Source of the DNA: Octopus sinensis
Taxonomy: Eukaryota
DNA length: 50,528 nucleotides
Assembly (NCBI RefSeq): GCF_006345805.1
Contig: NW_021834269.1
Coordinates: 1 to 50,528 of the forward strand
Direction of reading: 5' to 3'
The first letter of the stretch is position 1, and every line of letters starts with the position of its first letter. Below, piece after piece: positions 26,077-38,095 of this stretch. The position numbers and the translations under genes are program-made. The notes below the pieces were generated by a model. That model worked only from the letters and a program-made list of their open reading frames with translations, was not told the DNA's origin and made no database searches.

Positions 26077-27870
26077 AATAGGCTTGAAATTTCGTTGAAC
26101 TCAGAACATGAAGACGGACTAAATACCTATTTCTTTATTGCTCACAAGGGGCTAAACATAGAGGGGACAAACAAGTACAGAGAAACGGATTAAGTCAATT
26201 ACATCGACTCCAGTGCGTCACTGGTACTTAATTTATCGACCCCGAAAGGATGAAAGGCAAAGTCGACCTCGGCTGAATTTGAACTCAGAACGCAGCGGCA
26301 GACAAAATACTGCTAAGCATTTCACCAGGCGTGCTAACCATTCTGCCAGCTCGCCTCCTTTATACCAGCTTGCCGCTTTGACTGCCAGGGTTTCAGATTT
26401 GGCCCAAAATGACACTAAGCGTATCTGAACACAAAACGTAAGAAATTCTTATTTAATCATTTATATTTATTTACGTCGTACTTTTTAATAATAAATATTT
26501 TTATGCATCAGGAAGACTTCCTTGTGCGATTCAACGACTGGTCAGGTTGGGTAACATTCTTGGCATATCTTATGAAATAGAAATTTAAGTTGGGTCAATG
26601 AACAAGAATAATAATTTGCTTACCTGTTTATCTTGCATTGAATTTACGCATTGCGTTTGCATATATGCATACATACGTGTATATAATTACATATGTATAC
26701 CTTTACACACATCACCTACACACAAATGTATATATGTATGTATTTTCATTTCGTGATTTCTTCCAATAGAAAAAGAATCACTTTCTAACCTAGATCTATG
26801 GCTTCTTCATTGGAATTTCAACATCAGCAACAATATATTTTTGCATGGATTTGTGTATATGTGCAGGATTTGGAGTCAGTGTGTGTGCAGATTCATTTAT
26901 TTGTTTAATATATGTATTCTCATGCATATAGAGACATGCACTTATATACTTCAATGATAAACTTCTGGAAAGTTTCACAGAGTTTTACAGTTTCAGAGAG
27001 GGCTTGTCTCTGTAGTCTTCAAATCAGCTTTCTCCTTTGTGGTTTTGAGGAAACTAATTTCTCAAGATTACTACTTAGGCTGTGTGTTACATATCACTGT
27101 GCCCCAATAATTACGAGTACAAATCTGAGCTTCTAATCTGGATAGAGTAACTGAAGATTTCTCAATAGATACCATAGGTATTTTAGTATTCGATTACCTT
27201 TATGTTACCTTTATGTTAACATCTGCTAGATAGCTGATTTACACAACAGTTTCTTTTCACAATCCCAAATCATAATGACAGGTCTATTCCGTTTATATTT
27301 TACTGAAATCTTCACTGGGGCATTCCACCTGTACTCCTTTTCATTATGAGTAGCTATGGCTTCTACCACACCGTGGTTCTTATTTCTTTGCAATCAGAGT
27401 AATCCTTTCAACGGATCTCAATTTACCGTGTCTTAGCGACAACTTCATGTCACATGCTAGATAACACCATAAAGATATTTTCAGACAACTGCTTTTCACA
27501 TTCTACCAGTATACGAAGTTTAAAACTTTTTATTTACCTAGAAATTATGTTACAAAGTGCCGGTCAAAAGGAAAGATCCCAAGAAAGCCTTTGATTCTGT
27601 CCTCAACTCATGAATGCTAGAAGCCCTTCGATTTGCTAGCGTTCCAGTGGGCATAGTCAAAGCCATTGCTCACCTGACTTTATCGTGGGCCACCATCTTA
27701 AGACTAAATACGAGTGTTTGTATTACCACTGATAAAATAAGGTATCACAGAGGTATAGTCCAAAGGGCAATGTCTCTGTGATGCTGTTTATACTTTGTGT
27801 AAATCCCTCGTCATTCATGTTAAGGATGTCTGAAGGGTATCCGACTGGTTCACAAGGAAACAGAAATACC
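26077..27870 (+). repeat. Direct duplicate of 5670-7185 fused to 9409-9782
   Basis: Colinear high identity; junction ttttcaca|ttctacc near 27498. Confidence 0.9.
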
Positions 27871-28028
27871 AAAATTACACACTGCTTCATTGTGGATGAA
27901 TTGAAACTGTAACTCAAGAATATGCATGAGATGAAAAAGAGCCTTGAGCAGAAAACAACATTTTCAAAGGATATAGGGTCAGGGTTATTTTCTATTGGCA
28001 AAAAATCTTCAAATAAAACTGAATAATG

Positions 28029-28290
28029 ACATACATAAATACATACATACATGCATACATGCATACATACATACATACATACATACATACATAAATAATA
28101 CATACATACATACATACATAAATACATACATACATACATAAATACTACATACGTACATACATACTACATGCATACATACATACATACATACATACATACA
28201 TACATAAATACTTACAAACATAAATACATACATATAACATACATACATACATACATAAATACTTACAACATACATACATACATACATACA

Positions 28291-28321
<31 letters not shown>
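28029..28321. repeat. (TACA)n microsatellite
   Basis: Direct reading. Confidence 0.98.
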
Positions 28322-28607
28322 GTGCAGTCACCGGAAGTACTTGCACGGACACCGGAAATACATCTGCCATCACCAGAGAAAACAAAGCAACTACCCCCAG
28401 CGACTTGCCTGACCTTTCATTGGACAATAGCTACCTACCTGCCATTCTATTGGACACTGGCTAAACATCACTGCTGATATTTTTGTATAAATAGACATCA
28501 TAAATCGCTGTAAAGGCAGTTGGCTTTTTGGCACATGATATACTGCGTGAGTTATTTATCTGTCTGTTTTTGAATATTTTGAGTACGAATCTGTAAGAGT
28601 TGAACTT

Positions 28608-30019
28608 TTGTTGAAAATTGTTGTTTTTGAACGTCTGGTGTTTAACCAGAAAAATATTGTTATTCCCCTCCGTAAGGAGGGGAAAGTGCGACACATTGTA
28701 ACACAACAAAACAAAAAAATATATATATTGTCTGAAAAAATGTTTGAAACATTCTTTGACGAAGGTTCGCCTTCTAGAGAAAATGTAGTAGGTTCGCCTA
28801 CATTGAAATTTGTGAAAAATACGTCTTCAAAAGAAAATGTAATGGATTCGCCCAAATTGAAAGTTGTTGAAGGTCCGCCTTCTGGTAAAGCTGTGAAAAC
28901 AGACAAAGTTAGGGAAGGTTCGCCTTCCAAAGGAGGAAAAAGTGAAACAAAAACTTACAACTTTGCAGCCGCCGCAGGAAGAAAAACTGAAGAAAAAAAA
29001 ATGGAAGAGATCGACTACGAGATTTATAAAACCATGTTCACAATGGAGGGGAACAATATAAAAGCAACCCTCCCACAAGACATTAAAAACAGTACTCAAA
29101 AAAGAATAATAATAAATAAATCATATATTATAAAAGAACAGAAAATAGATAAAGTGACGAAGGAACAAGCGGAAAAATGCCTTCAACCAATATGGCGCGA
29201 TGTAGACTACGTGACGTGGGGGAAAAGGTACACCACAATAGCGGTGTACTTCAAAGAGGAAGAAATGGCTAAAAAGCATTCACTAACCCCGATAAAAACC
29301 AGCGACATCATCCTTCTACCTTCATATTTGGGGCGAAGGACATCCAAAATACGGATAGAAGATATCACCCAGAAATAGAGGTGAAGTGGTTACTTCCAGC
29401 CCTATTAATAGGGCTGGAAAAGAAAATAAATGTAATAAAAATCACTAAAATACAAAAAGAAAACTGGAGAGGCCAGACGCTGCAAATAACAGTACAGGCG
29501 GCCCCAGAAACTCTGGAGGAGGTCCCGGAGAACATCAATTTCGACGAGGAAATTAACTTGCGGGTGGTGGTGGAGGGGCGAAAGCCGAGATGCTACGAGT
29601 GTGGCGAAAAGGGCCACATCCGTATGGAATGCCCCACCCGCAAGAAAGAGGAAGAAAAAAGAAGGGCAGAAGAAGAGGAGAAGAAGAGAAAAGAGACGGA
29701 GGGAACAAAACAGAAGGAAGATGAAAATGCCTTCACACTGGTGAGGCAAAAGAAAAAAAGAAAGAACGATGACGTAAACCCACCCATCCCAAGTACAAAC
29801 AAAAAGAAAACAAACACACAGGGGGGGAAAATCTACCCCACCGAACCACGGTTCCCCACAAAAAGAAAAAAAAGAGAAGACTCCCCCCAGCCCAACCCGA
29901 ACCACCCCCACCCCAGTGCTGAAATTCCCTCCCCTCCCAAACTACTCCCCGTGTTCCCCCCATCATACTCCCCGCTGTCCTCCATCACCCCCACTAGCCC
30001 CCCCCCCCAAAGAAAATAA
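28608..30019 (+). pseudogene. L1/Tx1-clade LINE ORF1, frameshifted near 29370
   Basis: ORFs 28608-29378 and 29381-30019 abut with a 1-nt frameshift; CCHC knuckle CYECGEKGHIRMEC; Lys/Pro-rich tail; directly precedes an APE ORF. Confidence 0.8.
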
Positions 30020-30190
30020 TAGAATTCGTCTCTATAAACAAAGCAAATGACAGGTTAACAAAACAAATGGACAATATCCCAACGGCACACAAAATCCAGA
30101 CACATTGGGTACTCCCTAAAAATGTCGAGGTTTACAAAATCGACAGGATGAATTATAATATTATAAGAGAGGAATACCCGGGGGACATTA

Positions 30191-30760
30191 ATGGTCCGCG
30201 ACTCGACCTTCACGAGTCACTATACAAAGCGGACTTCCCCCCACGACCAACAGAAAAGAAAAACAACTAAAAGGTCGGTAAGGTCTCGTATTTATGTAGG
30301 GTGTATAGATGTACATGGCCTGATGTCGAACTGGAAGCAAGGGCGCCTCCTAAATGACATCAGGTCACGAGATTTAGATGTTGTTGTTGCCACAGAAACC
30401 TGGTTAAAAGGGCCAAGAGATCTGCTCCCGCTGCTCGACGGTTACGAGGGAATTATCTCTCCGAGCTGTTCGTCCGGCGGAAGCGGGGTGTTGGTCCTGT
30501 GTAAAAAGAACCGGGTTTCTGAGAAAAAGTTGATTTTTTCAGATCCAGAAGGTAGGCTGGTCGTCGTTGATTTGACGTTCAGTAGTCGTAAGACAATCAG
30601 GCTGGTTGCGATTTACGCACCCTACAAGATTGGGGAACAAAGTGATTATTTTCGGAACCTTGGAAAGTTTCTGAGTACATCGCACCCTTTAGTAATTTTA
30701 GGAGATTTCAACACAATCTGCGATGCGCGGGTAGACTGTGAAATTTCAAGCCTATTTTAA
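30191..30760 (+). pseudogene. L1/Tx1 ORF2 N-terminus (apurinic-like endonuclease), 3'-truncated
   Basis: APE motifs DVVVATET, GSGVLVL, DPEGRLVVVD, AIYAP, LVILGDFN. Confidence 0.9.
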
Positions 30761-31084
30761 ATAAAAGCAAGGGGAAAAGTAGTATATGTTATAAGGGACC
30801 CCAAAATACTTAGGACATAATATATAAACCAAACAAATACACAAGTACCATGCTCAGGAATAAACAATGCCAACAGTATCATTAAAACTATTTAGACAAT
30901 GAGGAATTAAGGCGGTTGGGGTGTTGTGTGTGGAAATGGTGCGAAAGCTTTATAAAATAGGAGTGTGAAATTAGAAGGCAATGAAAGGAATTGATTCCTT
31001 TGGAAGAATTAGGGAGGGTATTAAGGATGATAATTACGGTTAAGAGGAGGTAATGACTCAAAAAGTGACCTAAATTGGGAGATT

Positions 31085-32190
31085 CATCATCATCGTTTAA
31101 CATCCGCTTTCCATGCTAGCATGGATTGGACGGTTCAACTCGGGTCTGGGAAGTTAGAAGGCTGCACCAGGCCCAGTCAGATCTGGCAGTGTTTCTACAG
31201 CTGGATGCCCTTCCTAATGCCAACCACTCCGTGAGTGTAGTGGGTGCTTTTTACATGCCACCGACACAGGTGCCAGACGAGGCTGGCAAACGGCCATGCA
31301 CGGAGAGTGCTTTTTACATGCCACCGCCACAAAGGCCAGGCAAGGCTGGCAACGGCCACGATCGGATGGTGTTTGTTACATGCCACCGGCACGGAGGCCA
31401 GTCAGGGCGCGCTGGCTACGGCCACGTTCGGATGGATCTCTTACGTGCCACCGGCACTGGTATCATAACTACAAATTCCATTGATGTTGATCGATTTCGA
31501 TTTTGATTTTGGTTTTCACTTGCCTCAACAGGTCTTCACAGGTAGAGGCCACGGTAGAGACTACGTTCCAGGTAGAGGACACGGGTTATGGTCTCACTTG
31601 TCCTGCCGGGTCTTCTCACGCACAGCATACTTTCAAAGGTCTCGGTCTCTGGTCATTACCTTGGTGAGACCTAAAGAGCGAAGGTTGTGCCTCACCACCT
31701 CATCCCAGGTTTTCCTGGGTCTACCTCTTCCACAGGTTCCCTCAACCGCTAGGGTGTGGCACATTTTCACACAACTATCTTCATCCCTTCTTACCACGTG
31801 TCCATACTAGCGCAGACGTCTCTCTTGCACACCACAACTGATGCTTCTTAGGTCCAACTATTCTCTCAAGGTACTTACACTCTGTCGGCTATGAACACTG
31901 ACATTACACATCCATCGGAGCATACTGGCTTCATTTCTTGCGAGCTTACGCATGTCCTCAGCAGTCACGGCCCATGTTTCACTGCCATGTAGCATGGCTG
32001 TTCGTACACATGCTTCATACAGTCTGCCTTTTACTCTGAGCGAGAGGCCTTTTGTCACCAGCAGAGGTAAGAGCTCTCTAAACTTTGCCCGGGCTATTCT
32101 TACTCTAGCAGTTACACTTGCAGCACACCCGACCCCGCTACTGACTTGATCATCTCGGTGACGGAAGCTATCAACTATTTCTAGTTTTTC
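31085..32190 (-). mobile_element. RTE LINE 3' end with UTR
   Basis: KGRLYEACVRTAMLHGSETW...MLRWMC; GTCGRGRPRKTWDEVV; UTR shared with many short copies in the window. Confidence 0.85.
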
Positions 32191-32589
32191 TCCCCGGAAT
32201 GTTGCGGTTGGGGTGTGTGTGTGTATGGAAATGGTGCAAAAGCTTTATAAAATAGGAGTGTGAAAATAGAAGGCAATGAAAGGAATTGATTCCGTTGGAA
32301 GAATTAGGGAAGGTATTAAGGATGATAATTACGGTAATGACTAGAAAAGTGACCTAAATTGGGAGATTATAAGACGCAAGTCTAACTTCTGAACTAACAT
32401 CGAAAGCACCTAAGCAGTGAGCTGACTAGGCAATTAAACAGCTAATTGGCTAAACATTCCCTAAGTCAGTCAGTCCAGTGGTCATATAAGTATAAGTATA
32501 TATCCGCAGATTAATCAAATGATTACAAATGTAATACTTGCTAATTGGTATTTTTATTATTAAGTGTGAGAGCAGTGCAAGTCATCAAA

Positions 32590-33080
32590 GTGACAGTGGG
32601 GTAAAATATATGAAGCCCAATATACCCGTCATGACTACCTGTCCGATAAGGGTACACCAGGCACATGCATCAGAACCATATGTGCGCGACATGGTGATCT
32701 CATACCAAGATAAACATTGCATGACCTTGCAGGTGGGGCCCATTAGAATTTTCTTCAGGTTGAGTAATCCATCCCACCGAAAAAGTCCCTGAATAAGGGT
32801 TGTTTAGGATGTTGAACGAAACCCCATGTTTTCGGAGTGAATTATTCAAACCCAAAGGATCCCTTTCAACACATGGCTATGATGCTCCCCCACTACGTCT
32901 GCTCATGATCAGAGATGCACATATCATCAGCCACTAAGGGACATGCTCAACGGGTTAAGGTCAAACAACTGACAAGCAAATCTGTGGTATTGAGCAGAAT
33001 ATTTGCTGTAGCCCATCTTTTATACCAAGACAAAACAATGCACATGATAACACTTCCAATCAGTTAAGATCAGAAGCCAT
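32590..33080 (+). repeat. Dispersed repeat (reverse-complement copy 10290-10625), likely LINE 3'UTR
   Basis: Shared ...gataagggtacacc...gaccttgcaggtggggccc...ggtccctgaataaggg. Confidence 0.65.
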
Positions 33081-34029
33081 TATTATTATTATTATTATTA
33101 TTAGCTTTGTATTTGTACAAGTTGGCTCCAAGTCTCACCCAGAGACCTCAAGAGACAACAAGTTAGAAATTCATGTTGGTGTTATGCCTAGGGTGTCATA
33201 TATTTGGTTTTGTACAGAGTATTGTTCTAGAGAATGTCTGTCAAAACAAAAGTAAATTAGAGGTTTGTTTTAAAAGTAATTTGATTAGAAGATGATTGTC
33301 TGATGTTAAGATGACAGTAAAAGGTGATTGCTGTTACATACATTTCAAAGTAATTTGACACTGTTTACGGATTAATAAAATTTGGGGATTACATAGACAA
33401 TATTTACGCAAGATATGGGCAGTTCCTATGAGCAGTATTTTTTAATTTCATCTATTTTTGGATTTCCTGACATCTGAGCCATCAGCCCTTTTTGCTATCA
33501 TTCTTAGGGCGCTCACAACAACAGGTCTTGTTTTAGTCTTGAGGTTTCACATTTTTCCAATTACTCTTTCAAGATCTTTATACTTGCTCAGTTTTTGGTA
33601 GGTCTTGACAGATACATACATGCCTACACACACGCGTACACATCCACACATGCGTACAAATGAATCCATATACACATCTATATAGGCACAAGGAAAAATG
33701 AAGGGTGGAAGGTAGAGTACATAAAAAAATTATTATGTGTAAAAAAATAATATATCTTTAAACCAAACTCTCTATAACATATATATATAAATATATGACA
33801 AAATAAAAGTAAAAGGTATAATGAGATAAAAAACTTGTGCGTGGACATAATATAGAAAGCAAGTTCTATCTGTAGTCTTTTGAGGACCAAAAACGTAACA
33901 AAAATTTGGTCACATATGGGCATGACCCGAAAAGTTCTGTCCTTGAGTTTAGACATGTAGCAGGGTCTAAACTGCTTTTCCAGATAAGCCATCATTCCAT
34001 GTCACATAGACACAAAAACCACAATGCAA

Positions 34030-34480
34030 AAACAGCAGTTCATGCAGGAATAAAAAATTGTGCCTGCTAAATGGAGCTTGCATGTCCAAGACCTTCATCT
34101 ACGAAGCTACCGTGGACTCTATACCCACTAAAGACACCATTTCGACAAAGAAATATGTAGGCCTTACAGAGGGTAATTTCAAGGCCAGGTTCAATAACCA
34201 CACCTTGAGTTTTAGGCACTGGGACAAAAGTAAAGCGACAAAATTATCCAATCATATATGGTCATTAAAAGATAAAGGTGTCAGTTACAACATCCATTGG
34301 AAGATTTTTGCCCTACACCAACGGCAGCGGAAAGTGCCGGACAGATAGACAATGCAAAGTGTGTGTATGGAGAAATTTATTAATTAACTATAATTGCCGA
34401 TCAAAATTTGCTGCTTTATTTTGAATGAAATAACAGCTGCTGCAGAGCAGAACCTTCCAGCACAGTTCACTTGCATCTAG
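34030..34480 (+). mobile_element. Penelope-like element, GIY-YIG endonuclease fragment
   Basis: FIYEATV...KKYVGLTEGNFKARFNNHTLSF...LSNHIWSLKD is a typical PLE GIY-YIG sequence. Confidence 0.85.
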
Positions 34481-34944
34481 CGTCTCTGACAATCCCTTGC
34501 TCCCACTCCGTTGGTTGCTTTTAGATTCACTCTGCCAGTGTAACCTATTTGTGCTTTTTGCAAGTAATATGCGACTCTTTAATGGAACGTTACATGAATA
34601 TTGAACTACCAAACACGCTCACTCACTCACTCACACACACATACACACACACACACATATACACACAAACATACATACATGCTAACCAGCACAATTTAAA
34701 TCATATTGCAATGAAAAACGAAATGTAAATGCATATAACAATACGCTGACCCACAAAGTGATATTCCCACTCTTACCATTGCACGACCACCTCTCCCGAT
34801 TGGCTGGTCGATACAAAAGCAAGAACAACATCAACAAAAAGCTACGAAACAAACAATAGACTTCTTTTTGCTTGACCCGTCCCTGTCTTTTCGATTTCGT
34901 TTTGCTACTAAACTTCCTCGTTCCTAAAAGCACATATCTGATGA

Positions 34945-35086
34945 TATATAAAGAGAGGTGAACACACCCTGGCGCAGCTTTCATAGACATCCACTGCTGT
35001 ATCTGACGAAACATTCCGTCTGGAAGAGAACCAAAGTTTCCAGTCGCCAGAGTAACTTTCCCTTTGCCAACCATTATAAGGTAATT
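34945..35086 (+). promoter_or_regulatory. Candidate TATA promoter plus non-coding first exon (about 34976-35080) with GT donor
   Basis: TATATAAA at 34945-34952; ATTGG near 34799; ATG-free stretch of about 100 nt ending AAG|GTAATT at 35080/35081; lies upstream of copy B on the same strand. Link to the gene is inference. Confidence 0.35.
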
Positions 35087-36544
35087 TATTTATCCTAAAT
35101 ATACATTCCTGTCCCTTTCCATTTTATTCTTTGATCCCGTATGTTTATTTTTTGTTGTTGTTGTTGTTTGTAGGAAAGCATAGGAGTATTAGGGACGTGT
35201 GTGTGTGTGGGGGGGTGTATGTGTGTGATTAGGGCTTTGCATTCATGATCGTAAGATTGCAGTTTCGATTTCTGGACTGGGCGAGGCGTTGTGGTCTTTA
35301 TCAAAACATTGCCTTTCATGTTTGTCGGATCCACTCAGGTGAGAAACAAAGGGTAATCCTGCAATGGACTGCCGTCACGTAAGGGAAGGGTGTGCGAGTG
35401 TGTGTGTGTGTAGGGGAGACAGATCGTTTGTGCATATGTCTTGTGAAAGATATTTTATCTTTTTCACATATGCACACTCTCAACACATACACATATATGT
35501 ATTTGTGTGTGTGAGTATGTATTTATATATGCACACACACGTGGACGCATATGCAGACACACACCCATCTGTCTACACAGAGGACTGGTTTGGAACAGAG
35601 ATAAGTGAAGAATGTCACAAATAAGATGGACAAGGCAAATGAAACTGGCTGAAGGTGAAAATGTCTGACCAGAGGTCGCTGATGGAAACCTTTCATAAGC
35701 AAAGACTAATTCAGAACTTGGTGCCACATTCAGACATTTGAGGGGTGAAACGCTTGTTATCTTGAAAAACCTGATAGTGGTACGAAAGGCTTCTGACATT
35801 GTGATCGGTTCAAAAGAAGGGCTCGCAATACCCTTGAATAGCTTCCCCAATTTCTGCAAGGGTCCAAACCTTTCTGATGCTTCTTCCACTTATATGTATA
35901 TGATATACTTCATCAGACCCGTGCTTCATTCTGCCCAAGTCAAGTCACTGAAACTGATGAAAGTATTTGCGAATATATTTTGCAACACAGTTTTATATTG
36001 AATCAAAAACCCCAACGGTTTAATGATTTGTATTTCTTTTAATAATGATAATTATTTTAATATCAATTAATTAGTTCGTAAGGCGGCGAGTTGCAGAATT
36101 GTTAGCAACACACCGGCTTAAATGCTTAGCGTTATTTTGCCCATGTCTACGTTCTGAGTTCAAATTTCCCCGAGGTTGACTTTGCTTTCATCCCTCCGGG
36201 GTCGATAAACTAAGTGTTAGTGAAACATTAGGGTCGATGTAATCAACTAGTCCCCTCCTTGCAATTTCAGGCTTTGTACCTTAAGGTAGAAGGATTATTT
36301 TAATTATTTGCTGTCGTTTTTTAATTTACCATTTGTATGTTATTATTTTACATTATTGTTCCATATTTTCTTTAATCTTCGTCGTCGTCCACCTCCTCCT
36401 CCTCTCCTTCCTCTTCGCAGGTGTAGGTCATAAGCTTCAATCTGTGTGGGGACCCACTTTGTTTTCATATTAATTCACTTACTGCTACACTCATATATTT
36501 GTCTTCCTAGCGTTCTCTTTCTTCCTTTCCCCACTCTCTTTTGC

Positions 36545-37252
36545 TGCTAATTGCTGGTCTGTCTGTCTGTCTATCTATCTATTTATATCTATCTATCTAC
36601 CTATGTATGTATTTATTTATGTATGTATGTATGTATGTATGTATGTATGTATGTATGTATGTATGTATGTATGTATGTGTGTATTTATGTATGTATGTAT
36701 GTATGTATGTGTGTATTTATGTAAGTATGTATGTACTTATGTATGTACGTATGTATGTATGTATGTATGTATGCATGTATGTATGTATGTATGTATGTAT
36801 GTATGCATGTATGTATGTATGTATGTATGTATGTGTATTTATGTATGTATGTATGTATGTATGTATGTATGTGTGTATTTATGTATGTATGTATGTATGT
36901 ATGTATGTATGTATGTATGTATGTATGTATGTATGTGTGTATTTATGTATGTATGTATGTATGTATGTATGTATGTATGTATGTATGTGTGTATTTATAT
37001 ATGTATGTATGTATGTACTTATGTATGTATGTATGTATGTATGTATGTATGTATGAATGTATGTATGTATGTATGTATGCATGCATGCATGTATGTATGT
37101 ATGTATGTATGTATGTATGTATGTATGTATGTATGTATGTATGTGTGTATTTATGTATGTATGTACTTATGTATGTATGTATGTATGTATGTATGTATGT
37201 ATGTATGCATGCATGCATGTATGTATGTATGTATGTATGTATTTATGTATGT
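36545..37252. repeat. (TCTA)n/(TATG)n microsatellite, about 700 bp (only about 120 bp in the left arm at 22992-23110)
   Basis: Direct reading. Confidence 0.98.
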
Positions 37253-37900
37253 AGGCTCAGATGGTTGGTCATCTGGTCAGGATGAAGGATTCAAGGATGC
37301 CAAAACAACTCTTTTATGGAGAGTTAGCTAAAGGAGAATGACCTCCACATAAACTAAAAAAGAGGTATAAGGACTTGCTGAAGGTTTCCTTAAGAGATGG
37401 TTGCATCTCTCGTGACACATAGGAAGACATAGCTATTGATCGTAGCAGGTGGAGAAGGATTGTGCATGGGGAGACAGCCACTTTTGAGAAATCTCGAGTT
37501 GCACATGAGAAAGTAAGGAGGGATGTCAGGAAGGGCATCGCTGTTACACTTCCAGAAGGGAAGGGTCTTCCTTTGATTCTGACATACAATGTCTGTGCAA
37601 GACCCTGCCTCAGTAAAGCTGGACTCATGAGTCATCTTCGTAGTCATAAAGCAAGACAGATGATTGACAACCCGGCCACTGGTGGTGGTGTAACACACCA
37701 TACTAATCATATCTGTCGGGCATGTGGAAGAGAGTGTAATTCGGCAGGAGGACTTAAACGACATGCAAAGGTACATGAAGCCCAGTTACAACTACAACCG
37801 GCTATTACCGGTAAAGGTTTCAGTTGCCTTTCCTGTACAAGACATTGTAGATCTTTAGCTGGGCTAAAAAGTCACATTCGATCACAGCACCAGTAACAGT
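37253..37900 (+). mobile_element. RTE-clade LINE C-terminus carrying three C2H2 zinc fingers (left-arm copy about 22330-22990, -, internally deleted)
   Basis: RWSGHLVRMKDSRMPKQLFYGEL-type RTE motif, followed by ORF 37462-37896 with three C-x2-C-x12-H-x3/4-H fingers. Confidence 0.8.
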
Positions 37901-38019
37901 TAAGCTTCGTGCAATGGCCATACTCGATAACGAGGGAAACCATAATGTAATGTATGTATATGTATATATAAACTTACTTGGAAATGGATGCGTGGCGTTC
38001 AATCAAATAATAATATAAA

Positions 38020-38095
<76 letters not shown>

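Noticed and set aside
25482-31780. Inner inverted repeat (25482-26030 / 31200-31780) as part of the large palindrome
   Set aside because: Homology is confined to an RTE 3' end with different truncation points and unrelated flanks: independent insertions.
36541-37331. Long ORFs such as MYVCMYVC..., HTHT..., IIII..., NNNN... here and throughout the window
   Set aside because: Artefacts of stop-free microsatellites (TATG, CA, TAA, TA).
37462-37896. Host C2H2 transcription-factor gene
   Set aside because: Contiguous with RTE reverse-transcriptase C-terminal motifs, with no splice structure.
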